Assembly: GCF_020103695.1 (NCBI RefSeq)
Contig: NZ_JAHXBF010000014.1
Span: forward strand, 172,297 to 236,296
Origin: Hyalangium versicolor
GTDB taxonomy: Bacteria; Myxococcota; Myxococcia; Myxococcales; Myxococcaceae
Length of the DNA: 64,000 bases
Direction of reading: 5' to 3'
The notes below the pieces were generated by a model that saw only the letters and a list, made by a program, of their open reading frames with translations, did no database searches and was not told the origin of the DNA. The number at the start of each line of letters is the position of its first letter. Positions within the stretch are counted from its first letter, which is position 1. Shown here one piece after another: positions 23,200 through 32,452 of this stretch. The translations under genes were made by a program, and so were the position numbers.

Positions 23200-24588
23200 T
23201 CACTTTCCTTCCGCGGCCTGCGGGGTGGCGACCTTCGCCGGGCGACGATCGATGACCGTCCGGTTGGTGGGCGCCAGCCACGTGGAGGCCACGCGCCGGA
23301 TGTCCTCGGAGGTGACGGCACGGATCTGGGTCGGCAGATCGTTCAGCTTCGCGGCATCCCCCGTGAAGAGCTGGGTCAACGCCAGCTTGTTGGCCCGGCT
23401 GAGCGGGGCCTCGATGTCGGCATAGAGGTTCGACTCCAGATTCGTCTTCACCCGTGCCAACTCTTCCGCGGGCACACCCTCCTTGGCGATCCGGGAGATG
23501 ATGTCTCCCATCGCGGTGACCACCGCCTTGGCATCCGTCTCTGGCTTGTAGAGGCCGAAGAAGGTCATCATCGTCGGCCCTTCGATCTCCCACGCATCTC
23601 CCAGCGGCCAGTTGAGACCGCCCTGGATCTGGGAGAGCGTGCCACTGCCCTTCACCAACCCCTGATAGAGGCGCGACGCGTTGCCGCCCGCGAGCAGCTC
23701 GCCCAACACCGCGGCCGGGACATAGTCCTGCGAGGTCCGCCCGGGCAGCTTGAAGCCCACTGCCAGCCCCGGCACCTGCGCCAGCGCATCCGTCTGGTTC
23801 ACCCACCGCTCGGCCGTGTTCGCGCCCTCGCTGACATCCGGACGCTTGGGCTGTGCACGGGACGGCAGCGCGCCGAAGTACTTCTCCACCTTGGCGAAGA
23901 CCTCCTGCGGCTCCACGTCTCCAGAGATGCCAATCACTGCGTTGTTCGGGGCGTAGTACGTCTCGAAGAAGGACTTCACGTCCGCGATGTTCGCCGCGTC
24001 CAGATCCGTGAAGGAGCCGTACCCATCGTGGGAGTTCTCCCACTTGTCGAACGCCTTGCCCACGATGTCCGTCCAGTAGAAGAGGCCATAGGGACGGTTG
24101 AGGACGTTGCCGCGGATCTCCTCCTTCACGACGTCCTGCTGGTTCTTGAGGTTCTTCTCGGAGAAGTCGAGCCCCTTCATCCGGTCCGCTTCGAGCCAGA
24201 GGATCGCGTCCAGCGCCGAGACCGGAGCCGATGCGATGTAGTTCGTGTGGTCATACCGCGTGGAGCCATTCAGCACGCCACCGCCGCCTTGGATGACGCG
24301 GCCCAGGATGCCCTTCGGCGCGTTGGGAGTGCCCTGGAACATCATGTGCTCGAAGAGGTGGGCAAAGCCGGTCCGCCCTTTCGGCTCCAGGCGGAAGCCA
24401 ATCCGATACACGGTGCTGATCCCGAACGTCGGCGTCGAGTGATCCGGAGAGACGACGACGGTCAGCCCGTTGGGCAGCTTCTTGACGAAGACAGGCAACT
24501 TCCAGCTCTGCGGCGCGGGAGACTCGGCGGCCGCGGGGAGGGCCAGCGCGATGGCGAGCGCCAGCGCGGTAATGGGAACTCTTCTCAT
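23200..24588 (-). CDS. M16-family zinc peptidase, catalytic subunit
   Basis: Signal peptide MRRVPITALALAIALALPAAA. Inverted zinc motif HxxEH in FAHLFEHMMFQG. Confidence 0.85.
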   Translation of the reverse strand: MRRVPITALALAIALALPAAAESPAPQSWKLPVFVKKLPNGLTVVVSPDHSTPTFGISTVYRIGFRLEPKGRTGFAHLFEHMMFQGTPNAPKGILGRVIQGGGGVLNGSTRYDHTNYIASAPVSALDAILWLEADRMKGLDFSEKNLKNQQDVVKEEIRGNVLNRPYGLFYWTDIVGKAFDKWENSHDGYGSFTDLDAANIADVKSFFETYYAPNNAVIGISGDVEPQEVFAKVEKYFGALPSRAQPKRPDVSEGANTAERWVNQTDALAQVPGLAVGFKLPGRTSQDYVPAAVLGELLAGGNASRLYQGLVKGSGTLSQIQGGLNWPLGDAWEIEGPTMMTFFGLYKPETDAKAVVTAMGDIISRIAKEGVPAEELARVKTNLESNLYADIEAPLSRANKLALTQLFTGDAAKLNDLPTQIRAVTSEDIRRVASTWLAPTNRTVIDRRPAKVATPQAAEGK

Positions 24589-24655
24589 GCGTTCTCCTCG
24601 GGAAGTGAGGCGTGCGCACGCTATGCGCCGCTATCGAGGAGGACAAGAGACGAGA

Positions 24656-26254
24656 CTATGCCGCCACGCGCCCGAGCGAGTTCGTCACCACCGTCTGCGT
24701 GCCGGTGAGCGCCAGGGGGCTGCGGCGCACGGCGGCCTTCTCCAGCTCCGCGCCGCTCTGCGCCCACCACTGCGCGGCCTCCTCCTCCGTCCACCGGCCC
24801 GCGTCCGCGCACAGCTCCAGCGCGATCCGCAGCTCCCTCGCGCTGGAGAAGCGGGACTCGGGCCGCTTCTCCAGGCACCGGAGGATGGTGCTGCACAGAT
24901 CATCCGGCAGTTCGCGCCCCACCCGCAGCGGCGGTGGCATCGGCGGCGTGTTCACGTGGTGCGAGCAGATCTCCGATGCGTTCTCGCCCGTGAAGACATG
25001 GTTACCCGTGAGCAGGGCGTACCCCACCGCCCCCAACGAATAGAGATCCGCGCGACCGTCCACCTGCGTCGGATCCAAGATGGCCTCCGGCGCCAGGTAG
25101 TGCGGCGTGCCCGCCACCACGTTGGCTCGGCCGGAGCCCGCCTCCTCGGACACGCCGAGTTGCTTCACCAGCCCGAAGTCCAGCACCTTCACCATGTCCG
25201 GAACGCCCCGGCGCCGGCAGAGGAAGAGGTTGGCTGGCTTGATGTCGCGGTGGAGCAGCCCCAAACCGTGAGCCTCCTCCAGCGCGCCGCACACCTGACG
25301 CAGGATGTGGATGACACGAGCCGGAGGCTGAGGTCCGGCAGCAGCCAGGAGGCGCTCCAGATCCATTCCCTCCAGGTACTCCATCACGTAATAGAAGAGG
25401 CCCTCGGCGGTGCGGCCGTAATCGTAGATGGCGATGGTGTTGGGATGCGTGAGCTGGCTGGTGAGCTGCACCTCGCGCTCGAAGCGCTCCAGGCCATGGC
25501 CATCCGAGTCCGTGCGCAGCAGCTTGATGGCGGTGCGGCGGCGCATCATCGCGTGGCTGGCCAGGTACACATCCCCCATGGCCCCGGCGCCCAGCAATTC
25601 GAGCAGCGTGTACTGCCCCAACTTGCGCGCATCCCGAACCTGCTGGCGCAGGCCATACACCACGCGCGTCACCAGCGCGGCCATGATGACGGCGATGGCG
25701 CTCCACAGCAGCGCATCGAGCGCTGGCAAAAGGAACCCCTCGGGAGTCCTGCTCCGCAGCAGGGCCAGGAATACGGCGTCCGGCAGAGCGCCCGCGATGG
25801 AGACCCACAGCGTCCTGCGCACGGACGTGGGGACGATCACCGCGCGGCAAATAAGGGCCGCAGTGGTGCCCAGCAGAAGCGAGTGCGAGTCGTTGTCGAA
25901 GTAGGCATCGACCTTCAGCAGGAACAACGCCCCCAGCAATCCCACGCTCTCCAGCCAGCGCAGCAGCTTCGTGGAGCGCCTCTTGGTGCGGCATACCTGC
26001 CAGAGGGTGAAGGCAATCACCACGCTGATCAGGTGGAAGACGTAGCCCGCCCCGCTGATCAGTTGGATCCACGGAGTGCCGAGGAACAGGAGCGCGGCCA
26101 GGCTGGTGACTCCGTAGAAGCCAGCGGCCAGCAGGAACAACGTCTTGAACAGGAACACCAACCGCTGCTGCAAGAACGCCCGCTCCTCTTCCGAGGGAAG
26201 CGCGTTCCCAGCACTGGCCGTGGGCTGGGACAGGTCTGGCCCGAGGTGAACCAT
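24656..26254 (-). CDS. Ser/Thr protein kinase with an N-terminal polytopic membrane domain
   Basis: Residues 1-210 contain about 6 hydrophobic helices. The kinase domain follows: GAGAMGDVYLA (Gly loop), AIKLL (VAIK Lys), HRDIKPANLF (catalytic loop), DFGL (DFG) and APE. Confidence 0.8.
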   Translation of the reverse strand: MVHLGPDLSQPTASAGNALPSEEERAFLQQRLVFLFKTLFLLAAGFYGVTSLAALLFLGTPWIQLISGAGYVFHLISVVIAFTLWQVCRTKRRSTKLLRWLESVGLLGALFLLKVDAYFDNDSHSLLLGTTAALICRAVIVPTSVRRTLWVSIAGALPDAVFLALLRSRTPEGFLLPALDALLWSAIAVIMAALVTRVVYGLRQQVRDARKLGQYTLLELLGAGAMGDVYLASHAMMRRRTAIKLLRTDSDGHGLERFEREVQLTSQLTHPNTIAIYDYGRTAEGLFYYVMEYLEGMDLERLLAAAGPQPPARVIHILRQVCGALEEAHGLGLLHRDIKPANLFLCRRRGVPDMVKVLDFGLVKQLGVSEEAGSGRANVVAGTPHYLAPEAILDPTQVDGRADLYSLGAVGYALLTGNHVFTGENASEICSHHVNTPPMPPPLRVGRELPDDLCSTILRCLEKRPESRFSSARELRIALELCADAGRWTEEEAAQWWAQSGAELEKAAVRRSPLALTGTQTVVTNSLGRVAA

Positions 26255-26384
26255 TCAGAGTGAATGTTCTATCACTACTGGAGGGGAACAGACTGCCTTC
26301 TGAGGTTGGCTGCTCTCCCATTCGTGCTCGGCGGCCGACGATGACAGCCATTTGACGATCTGCGTCGAAAATCCGCCCTTGCCA

Positions 26385-27641
26385 TCACCGCGTGCCAGCA
26401 CGCCCCGCGGCTTCGATGAAGAGATCGGTGTAGCGATTGACCGGGTCCGCGGGCTGCGTGCCGTCTCGGTAATAGAAGGTGAACTCGTCCCACGCATCCG
26501 GCCGAGCGTCCGGGGCGAACATCCACGGAGCGATCCCCCCTACCCCCACGCGCCATGCGCAGCGCAGCCAGCCTCGATAGAGAGCTCGGCGCTCGTCGAG
26601 CGAAAAGCCATCATGGTTGCGCAGGCCGAACTCTCCGAGGAAGAACGGCTTGCCCAGTTCCCTCGCCAGGGCCGCATGCTCCGCGATCCAGTGAGCCCCG
26701 CTGCGAGCCGTGCGCTCTCTCGGAACGCCCCAGAACTCGGGATAGAAGTGCGCACTGCCGAAGTCGATCAGCGGCGAGGCCGTGTTCCCTCGAAAGCTCG
26801 TCGATGCATCGAAGAGCGAGGCGGCAGGCATTCCGCTCCAGAATGCCGCATCGTAACCCTCGAAGGAGGTGTCGAAGCCCTCCTCGCCCGTTCCCACCCG
26901 TTGGCCGGGCGCTTGGGCCTTCACCACCGCGGCGATCTCATCCACCCAGGCGCGCATCGCCTCCCCGCCCCTGTCCAACCCCACGCCGCGTGGCTCGTTC
27001 AGCAGCTCCCACCCCAGTACGGCCGGATGCTCGCCGTAGCGAATCCCATCGAAGGAGTTGGTCCGGGACAGCAGGAAGGTGATGTATTGCTTGTAGAGCG
27101 TGATCACCTGACGCTCGGTGAAGAAGCGGGGATCGCCCTCTCTCGCCTCGGGCAGGCCCGCCCACTGCACGTACTGGCGCGTGCCTCCGTAGGCGTCCCA
27201 GAAGTTTCCCAGTGGTAGGACGAGCTTCACCTCATGGTGCGCGGCTCGGGTGAGCACCCAATCCAGTCCGCGAAGGCTGGCCTCATCGTAGACGCCGGGC
27301 TCCACCTGGATGGTGGACATGCCACGCTTGCTTGCCGCGTCATTGAAGCCATTGGTCCGCAGGCCCCACGCGCCGATCGCCGCAGCCTTGGCGAGCACCT
27401 CCTCGACTACTGGGGACTCCGCCTTCCCCTCCCGGAGATCCACCGCGGCCTCTTCCTGGAGGTAGTACGCGTTGAGCAGCAGCGACGCGGAGGGGGCTTC
27501 TCCCAGGCGCATCGGAGATCCCTCGGGACAGTCCGCGGCCTCCTCTTCGAGCGCATCCAATGACTCGTCCCCGCACGCCATGAGCAGCAGGAGCGACAGG
27601 CTCGAGCAGATGCGCACATGGACAAAACCACCGCTCCTCAT
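26385..27641 (-). CDS. glycoside hydrolase family 5 lipoprotein (beta-mannanase-like)
   Basis: Lipobox SLSLLLLMACG. GH5 acid/base in WELLNEPR and nucleophile in FLGEFG. Confidence 0.75.
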   Translation of the reverse strand: MRSGGFVHVRICSSLSLLLLMACGDESLDALEEEAADCPEGSPMRLGEAPSASLLLNAYYLQEEAAVDLREGKAESPVVEEVLAKAAAIGAWGLRTNGFNDAASKRGMSTIQVEPGVYDEASLRGLDWVLTRAAHHEVKLVLPLGNFWDAYGGTRQYVQWAGLPEAREGDPRFFTERQVITLYKQYITFLLSRTNSFDGIRYGEHPAVLGWELLNEPRGVGLDRGGEAMRAWVDEIAAVVKAQAPGQRVGTGEEGFDTSFEGYDAAFWSGMPAASLFDASTSFRGNTASPLIDFGSAHFYPEFWGVPRERTARSGAHWIAEHAALARELGKPFFLGEFGLRNHDGFSLDERRALYRGWLRCAWRVGVGGIAPWMFAPDARPDAWDEFTFYYRDGTQPADPVNRYTDLFIEAAGRAGTR

Positions 27642-27926
27642 GGCTGGCGCAGCTTCTTCAGCTGAGCGACCGAGTTGTCATTCCTGGGGTTCCGCCAGGG
27701 ACTCTTCATCGCTCTTCTCCATCGGGCCTATGAGTTGACACCCCCATCTCACGGTACCATCAAGCTGACGCACCCACTCGCCACCCCACACCATCGGGAG
27801 CGGATCCATTGCACCTCGGCAGGCCTCGCGAGTGCGCGGCCCACCCTTCCGCCGCTGAGCGGCCGCTAGCGCCCAAGCCCTCGTCCTCGCAGCCAGCCCT
27901 CCCTGTATTAGACTGCGCCCACCCCG

Positions 27927-28877
27927 ATGTCCGAGACACTCCCTGAAGCCTCCATGCAGCGACTCGCTCTCGCCGTCCGTGCGTCCGAGCTGGTCCCCTC
28001 AGCTCCCGCCGCGGAGACCGATCGGATCCGCACGGGGATGGCGGGCGACGTGCCGCTGCGGCTCTCCCTGCGCGAGGACGGCACCCTGGAGGTCCAGGCG
28101 AAGCCTCCTCATCCCCTCCCGGAAGGAATGGACATCCGCCGAGATGACGCCAACGCGCTCCAGATCCAGGCCCTCAACCCGGCCATGGCCCGCCGCGTGT
28201 CATCCCGGCCCGACGTCCAGAAGAGACTCCAGGCACTGTTCGACGTGGTGCCGCAAGCCCGAGTCACGGAGGGCGCCGTCCTGCTGGAGCTTCCTCCCGA
28301 GGCCAAGGACGATCAGCTCCAGGCAGCCCTGCGCGCCGCGATCCGAGCCGCCAGCGCACTCTCCGAGGCCAGCCACGCGCTGAACCTGGCGGCCGAGCGC
28401 AACCGCGCGCAGGTGCGGAGCACGGCCGTTCCCGGCGAACTCGAGGGTGGGCGCCGCTTCGTCAAGCTCCTGCCCTCCGAGGATGCGAAGAAGCCCGAGA
28501 GCCAGGGGGAAAAGGAGACCCGGGTCCTCCTCGAGGCCCGGGATATGCTCATCGACGGGGTCTCCCGCGAAGAGGTCCTCGCCCACATCCGGAGCGTGAT
28601 CCCCAATCCCCTCTACTCCAGGCTCGCGTTCAATCAGGCCCTGGGAGCCACTCCCCGCTTCCGGCTCCAGGGGCAGATCACCGCGCTCGTGAGCGTGGGT
28701 TGCATGGCATTCGTCTTCTACGTGCTGTACCGCCTGAACTTCCTGGGGCGCATGGAAGGAAAATTGAGCGTCTGGATCGTGGCGCTCACGGCCTTCTTCG
28801 GCTCGTACGGCGTGTGGAGAGGCGTCGGACGGTTCCTCAACCGGCTGGACGAGGACCGGGAGAAGGACGAGTCGTAA
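27927..28877 (+). CDS. hypothetical protein with two C-terminal TM helices
   Basis: 316 aa. Ala/Leu-rich soluble region, then ITALVSVGCMAFVFYVLY and LSVWIVALTAFFGSYGVW hydrophobic helices. Confidence 0.5.
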   Translation: MSETLPEASMQRLALAVRASELVPSAPAAETDRIRTGMAGDVPLRLSLREDGTLEVQAKPPHPLPEGMDIRRDDANALQIQALNPAMARRVSSRPDVQKRLQALFDVVPQARVTEGAVLLELPPEAKDDQLQAALRAAIRAASALSEASHALNLAAERNRAQVRSTAVPGELEGGRRFVKLLPSEDAKKPESQGEKETRVLLEARDMLIDGVSREEVLAHIRSVIPNPLYSRLAFNQALGATPRFRLQGQITALVSVGCMAFVFYVLYRLNFLGRMEGKLSVWIVALTAFFGSYGVWRGVGRFLNRLDEDREKDES

Positions 28878-28916
28878 CACCCCTCCTCGCCCCGATGAGG
28901 ACCGAGCGCGGAGCCT

Positions 28917-30227
28917 CTATCGATCGAAGCGGATGATGCGCTCCACGCGCCAGGCTCCAGCTGCCTCCCCTGGGCGCAGCAGCATCAGCTTCGCGATCTG
29001 TCCCACCGCCACTTCGCAGGCACTCCGCGGCGGCAAGGGCACCACGTCTCCTTCCTTCACATCCCTGGCTGGCAGGGGCACCGCCGTCAGCCCCTGGCCC
29101 TCCACCGTCTCGATCGCCCCGAACACGCGCAGATCCCCCAACTCCGCGATCGCCCCCAGGAACACTGCTCGAGGCGTTCCGTTCGTCATCCGGATCGCCG
29201 GACTGGCGGCCACTCCGATATCCGCGAGGAAGGCATCGCCCGCCTCGCCGAAGACGTGGACGCCCTTCACGATCAGCCGGAGCAGTCCCTTGCTGTCATT
29301 CAGCGGGATCGAGTCGTAGCGCTCCAGGCTCGCCTGCTCCGCCCCGCCGCTCGCCAGCGCCTCCAGCGCCGAGACCAGCGCCACGAAGTTCAGCCGCAGC
29401 AGTGCCCCATCGGAGTCCTCCTCGGGCCACGGACCGGTCTCGATCAGCACGGCGGGCGTGCCCCAGCGACCCATGTTGTCGCCGAAGGCGCGGATCTCGA
29501 ACGCGTCGTTGTAGCGGCCGACCTGTCCCGGTGCGAGCTGCTCCACCGCATCCCGGATGACCGCGCAGACCTTCTTGGCCAGCAGGCGCCCGGGGTTGTC
29601 GCTGCGGGCCTCGTCGAAGGCCGGCGCGAGCAGGGAGATGGATGCGGGCTTTCCGCTCCTCCCTACCGCGGTGCGCCAATCCTGGTTGTGCAGGTTGAAG
29701 CCCAGTGACGGCTGGAGCCGATCCCGCAGCGCCTTGAGCGTCCGCCCCTCGGGCGTCTGGAGCATCAGCGCGTCCCGGTTGATGTCGATCCCCTGCGCGT
29801 TGACCCGCTGGAAGCGCTCGGCTCCATCCGGGTTGAGCATGGGCACGGCGTGCAGCGTCAGAGCGGACAGCAGCCCGTCCACTCGCGGATCCTGGCGGTA
29901 GCGCCGCAGGTACTCGAACACCTCGAACAGCGCGGTGGTGGCCGTGGGCTCATCCCCATGCATCTGGGACCAGAGCAGCACGTGCCTCGGGCCATGCCCC
30001 ACCTGCACGTGGTGGATCGCACGGCCCTCCACCGAGCGCCCCACCTCTTCCACCTGGAACAGATCCGGCGCGGACTCCTGCAGCCGCCGCAGCCAGGCCA
30101 CCACCTGGGTGTGACGGACGAGCGGCAGCGGCGGGCGCTCCTGAAAGCGGACTTCATCCCAGAGCGAGGCGAGCACGGAAGTAGAGGAGGTCGGGATCAT
30201 GAGCCGGGGGGAAGGATCTCTCTGCAC
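28917..30227 (-). CDS. M14-family zinc carboxypeptidase-like protein
   Basis: LLWSQMHGDEPTAT (HxxE zinc ligands) in an M14/succinylglutamate-desuccinylase-like context. About 140-aa C-terminal extension. Confidence 0.65.
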   Translation of the reverse strand: MQRDPSPRLMIPTSSTSVLASLWDEVRFQERPPLPLVRHTQVVAWLRRLQESAPDLFQVEEVGRSVEGRAIHHVQVGHGPRHVLLWSQMHGDEPTATTALFEVFEYLRRYRQDPRVDGLLSALTLHAVPMLNPDGAERFQRVNAQGIDINRDALMLQTPEGRTLKALRDRLQPSLGFNLHNQDWRTAVGRSGKPASISLLAPAFDEARSDNPGRLLAKKVCAVIRDAVEQLAPGQVGRYNDAFEIRAFGDNMGRWGTPAVLIETGPWPEEDSDGALLRLNFVALVSALEALASGGAEQASLERYDSIPLNDSKGLLRLIVKGVHVFGEAGDAFLADIGVAASPAIRMTNGTPRAVFLGAIAELGDLRVFGAIETVEGQGLTAVPLPARDVKEGDVVPLPPRSACEVAVGQIAKLMLLRPGEAAGAWRVERIIRFDR

Positions 30228-30350
30228 AGGAAGGTAGGCATCGGCGCTCGGGATTTGCTATGGGCAATCGGGCCCCGTGCCCTGTCTTTTGGACTGCAAG
30301 TTTTTTGGCAACACAGTGGCTCGCCCTTGAGCGAGCGGAGGCAAGACATC

Positions 30351-31178
30351 ATGAAGCAATTGTTCAATCCCGTGATGGTAGTCGCGGCGCTCACGCTGGT
30401 GTCCGCGTGCAAGAAGGTCGAGCGCATCGAGGTGACTCCGAAGCAGGTGTCGCTCACCAAGGCGGGCCAGACGGAGACGGTCAAGGCCAGCGGCGTCACC
30501 GCGGACGGCCAGCCGGTGGACAAGGTGAAGTTCGAGTTCTCCTCGAGCGACAAGAACGTGGCGACGGTGGACGCCAACGGCACCGTGACCGCGGTCAAGA
30601 GCGGCGCGGCCAGCATCGAGGTGAAGGGCAACGAGAAGAGCGCGAAGGTTCCGGTCGAGGTCGTCATCCCCGGCTCCATCGCCCTCAAGGGCGGGCCGGT
30701 GGCGCTGACGGGGATCGGCACCAAGGCGACGATCGACGCGGCGGTGCAGGATGACGCGGGCCGTCCGATCCAGGGCGCGCAGGTGGAGTTCACCAGCGCC
30801 GATACGAACGTCGCCGAGGTGAGCGGCAACACCGTGACGGCCAAGGGCGTGGGCACCACGAAGGTGAAGGCGACCTCCGGCGAGCTGAGCCAGACGATCG
30901 AAGTGACGGTGAAGCAGCCCGAGGTGGCGACGATCGCCTTCGAGGGCGCTCCGGCGAGCCTGAAGGTCGGCGAGAGCGCCACCCTGAACGCCGTGGCCAA
31001 GGCGGCGGACGGCGCGGCGATCGCCGGCATCACGCCGACGTTCACCTCCAGCAACGAGAAGCTCGCCACCGTGGACGCCACCGGCAAGGTGACGGCTGTG
31101 AAGGTGGGCGCGGTCACCATCACCGCCAAGAGCGGCGAGAAGTCGGCCGACGCGAAGATCACCATCAAGAAGAAGTAG
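30351..31178 (+). CDS. lipoprotein with three bacterial Ig-like (Big_2) domains
   Basis: Start MKQLFNPVMVVAALTLVSACKK (lipobox). Three ~85-aa repeats, each with the Big_2 signature (VTPKQVSL...ATV, ...DTNVAEV, ...NEKLATV, each followed by 'G.VTAVK.G'). Confidence 0.75.
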   Translation: MKQLFNPVMVVAALTLVSACKKVERIEVTPKQVSLTKAGQTETVKASGVTADGQPVDKVKFEFSSSDKNVATVDANGTVTAVKSGAASIEVKGNEKSAKVPVEVVIPGSIALKGGPVALTGIGTKATIDAAVQDDAGRPIQGAQVEFTSADTNVAEVSGNTVTAKGVGTTKVKATSGELSQTIEVTVKQPEVATIAFEGAPASLKVGESATLNAVAKAADGAAIAGITPTFTSSNEKLATVDATGKVTAVKVGAVTITAKSGEKSADAKITIKKK

Positions 31179-31278
31179 TCGCGCGGAAGACTCGGAGGCC
31201 ACGGACCCGGTTCCGTGCGCCTCCGGGCCGCCGTGCTTGAGCTATGCTGCCGTCCATCCCCTTCTCAGGAGGCAGCGG

Positions 31279-31488
31279 ATGGACATGAAGAAGCTGTTCC
31301 ACGTCCTCGTCGTGGGCGGCGCCGTCATCGGCACGGGTGGAGGTTGCGCCAAGGCGAAGGCTCCCGACAGCCCCTCGGCCCAGCCCGGCAGCCCCACCAC
31401 GACGGCGAAGCCCGACTCGGACACCAACGGTACGCCCGAGACCCCGCCTCCTCCTCAGGAGAAGGGGGGCGGAGCCGGCAGTTGGTAG
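31279..31488 (+). CDS. lipoprotein signal peptide plus Pro/Thr/Ser-rich linker ORF; likely the 5' part of a frameshifted ferritin-like lipoprotein gene
   Basis: AGGAGG 6 nt upstream of the ATG. MDMKKLFHVLVVGGAVIGTGGGC lipobox followed by a PTS-rich linker. Terminates 18 nt after a G6 run, at TAG ~31486-31488. Confidence 0.5.
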   Translation: MDMKKLFHVLVVGGAVIGTGGGCAKAKAPDSPSAQPGSPTTTAKPDSDTNGTPETPPPPQEKGGGAGSW

Positions 31489-32219
31489 CCGACTCCCTCC
31501 CAGAACCCCTGCGCCAGCGCATCGCCTCCGCGTGGAGCTTCCGCTACCACGTGGAGCGCGAGGCCCAGGCGCGCTTCGCCCGGCTCGCGAGCTGGCTCGA
31601 GCAGGCCGGCGCTCCTCCCCCGCTGGTGGAGCTGGCCCGCCGCTCCTCCGAGGACGAGCGCCGCCACGCCGCTCACTGCGCCGCGCTGGCTCACGAGTAC
31701 GGCACCCCTGTTCCCGGGGAGGTGCCGGTGGTGCTCCCCGAGATCGCGCCCCGCTCGCTCTCCTTCCCCCAGAAGCTCCTCTATGAGCTCGTCGCCGCCT
31801 CCTGCGTAGCCGAGACCGTGAGCGTGGGAGTGCTCATGCGGCTGCGCCCCGTCGCCGGCAACGAGCGCATGCGCGCGGTGCTCCACGAGTTGCTCCAGGA
31901 TGAAGTGGTCCACAGCCGGCTCGGCTGGGCATACCTGGCCCATGTGGCGCCCTCGGAGAACGTCACCTTCCTGGGCCGCTTCCTGCCGGACATGCTGGAG
32001 GTCACCGCCGCCCAGGATGTCGAGGCCACCGCCCCCACTCCCGAGGACGAGGATCCGGCCCTGCTCCCTCATGGAGTGCTGCCCCACACCGAGCGCCGGG
32101 CCCTGTTCGCCTCCGCCATGCGCGACGTGGTGATGCCCGGGCTGGACCAGCATGGCGTGCCCACCGACCCCGCCCGGGAGTGGCTCGGGCGCTACGGACT
32201 CGCGACTCCGCCCGGGTAA
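31482..32219 (+). CDS. ferritin-like (ExxH di-iron-type) domain protein; +1 frame continuation of the preceding ORF
   Basis: ExxH motifs SEDERRHAAHC and LQDEVVHSRLGW in a helical protein. No ATG start; the only in-frame candidate is a TTG at ~31482. Adding one G to the G6 run at ~31464-31469 fuses this frame to the upstream lipoprotein ORF. Confidence 0.55.
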   Translation: MVADSLPEPLRQRIASAWSFRYHVEREAQARFARLASWLEQAGAPPPLVELARRSSEDERRHAAHCAALAHEYGTPVPGEVPVVLPEIAPRSLSFPQKLLYELVAASCVAETVSVGVLMRLRPVAGNERMRAVLHELLQDEVVHSRLGWAYLAHVAPSENVTFLGRFLPDMLEVTAAQDVEATAPTPEDEDPALLPHGVLPHTERRALFASAMRDVVMPGLDQHGVPTDPAREWLGRYGLATPPG

Positions 32220-32220
32220 G

Positions 32221-32300
32221 CCCCCCCTGGTGACTCCCGTAGATGACGACAGTCACCGGTGGTGACCGTTGTCACCAGGGGCTTCCTGGTGGCTGCAGTC
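32221..32300. promoter_or_regulatory. cluster of GTCACC/GGTGAC hexamers forming nested palindromes (candidate operator or structured element)
   Basis: ccctggtgac ... agtcaccggtggtgaccgttgtcaccaggg ... gcagtcaccacc: a 6-3-6 palindrome GTCACCGGTGGTGAC nested inside the 10-bp inverted repeat CCCTGGTGAC/GTCACCAGGG. Five hexamer copies within about 80 bp. Confidence 0.4.
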
Positions 32301-32452
32301 ACCACCCGGACTCGCCCTGGCGAGATAACCTATTGAAACTCCTGAAGAATACGTTGGGCGCACGGCTCCTCCCTTTCGTGGCATGCGGGCTGCAGTAGGG
32401 GTCAGACATACTCACCGACCCTCTCGGTCGGTCCCAAAAACAGGAGCACGCC

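Noticed and set aside
29850-30350. N-terminal extension of the ORF containing the Big_2 lipoprotein
   Set aside because: A lipoprotein signal peptide begins at the internal ATG at 30351. The upstream part overlaps the M14 peptidase gene on the opposite strand.
31215-31481. Upstream part of the 334-aa ORF containing the ferritin-like domain
   Set aside because: No ATG, arbitrary composition, and it overlaps the well-supported lipoprotein-signal ORF in another frame. The frame only becomes meaningful after the G6 tract.
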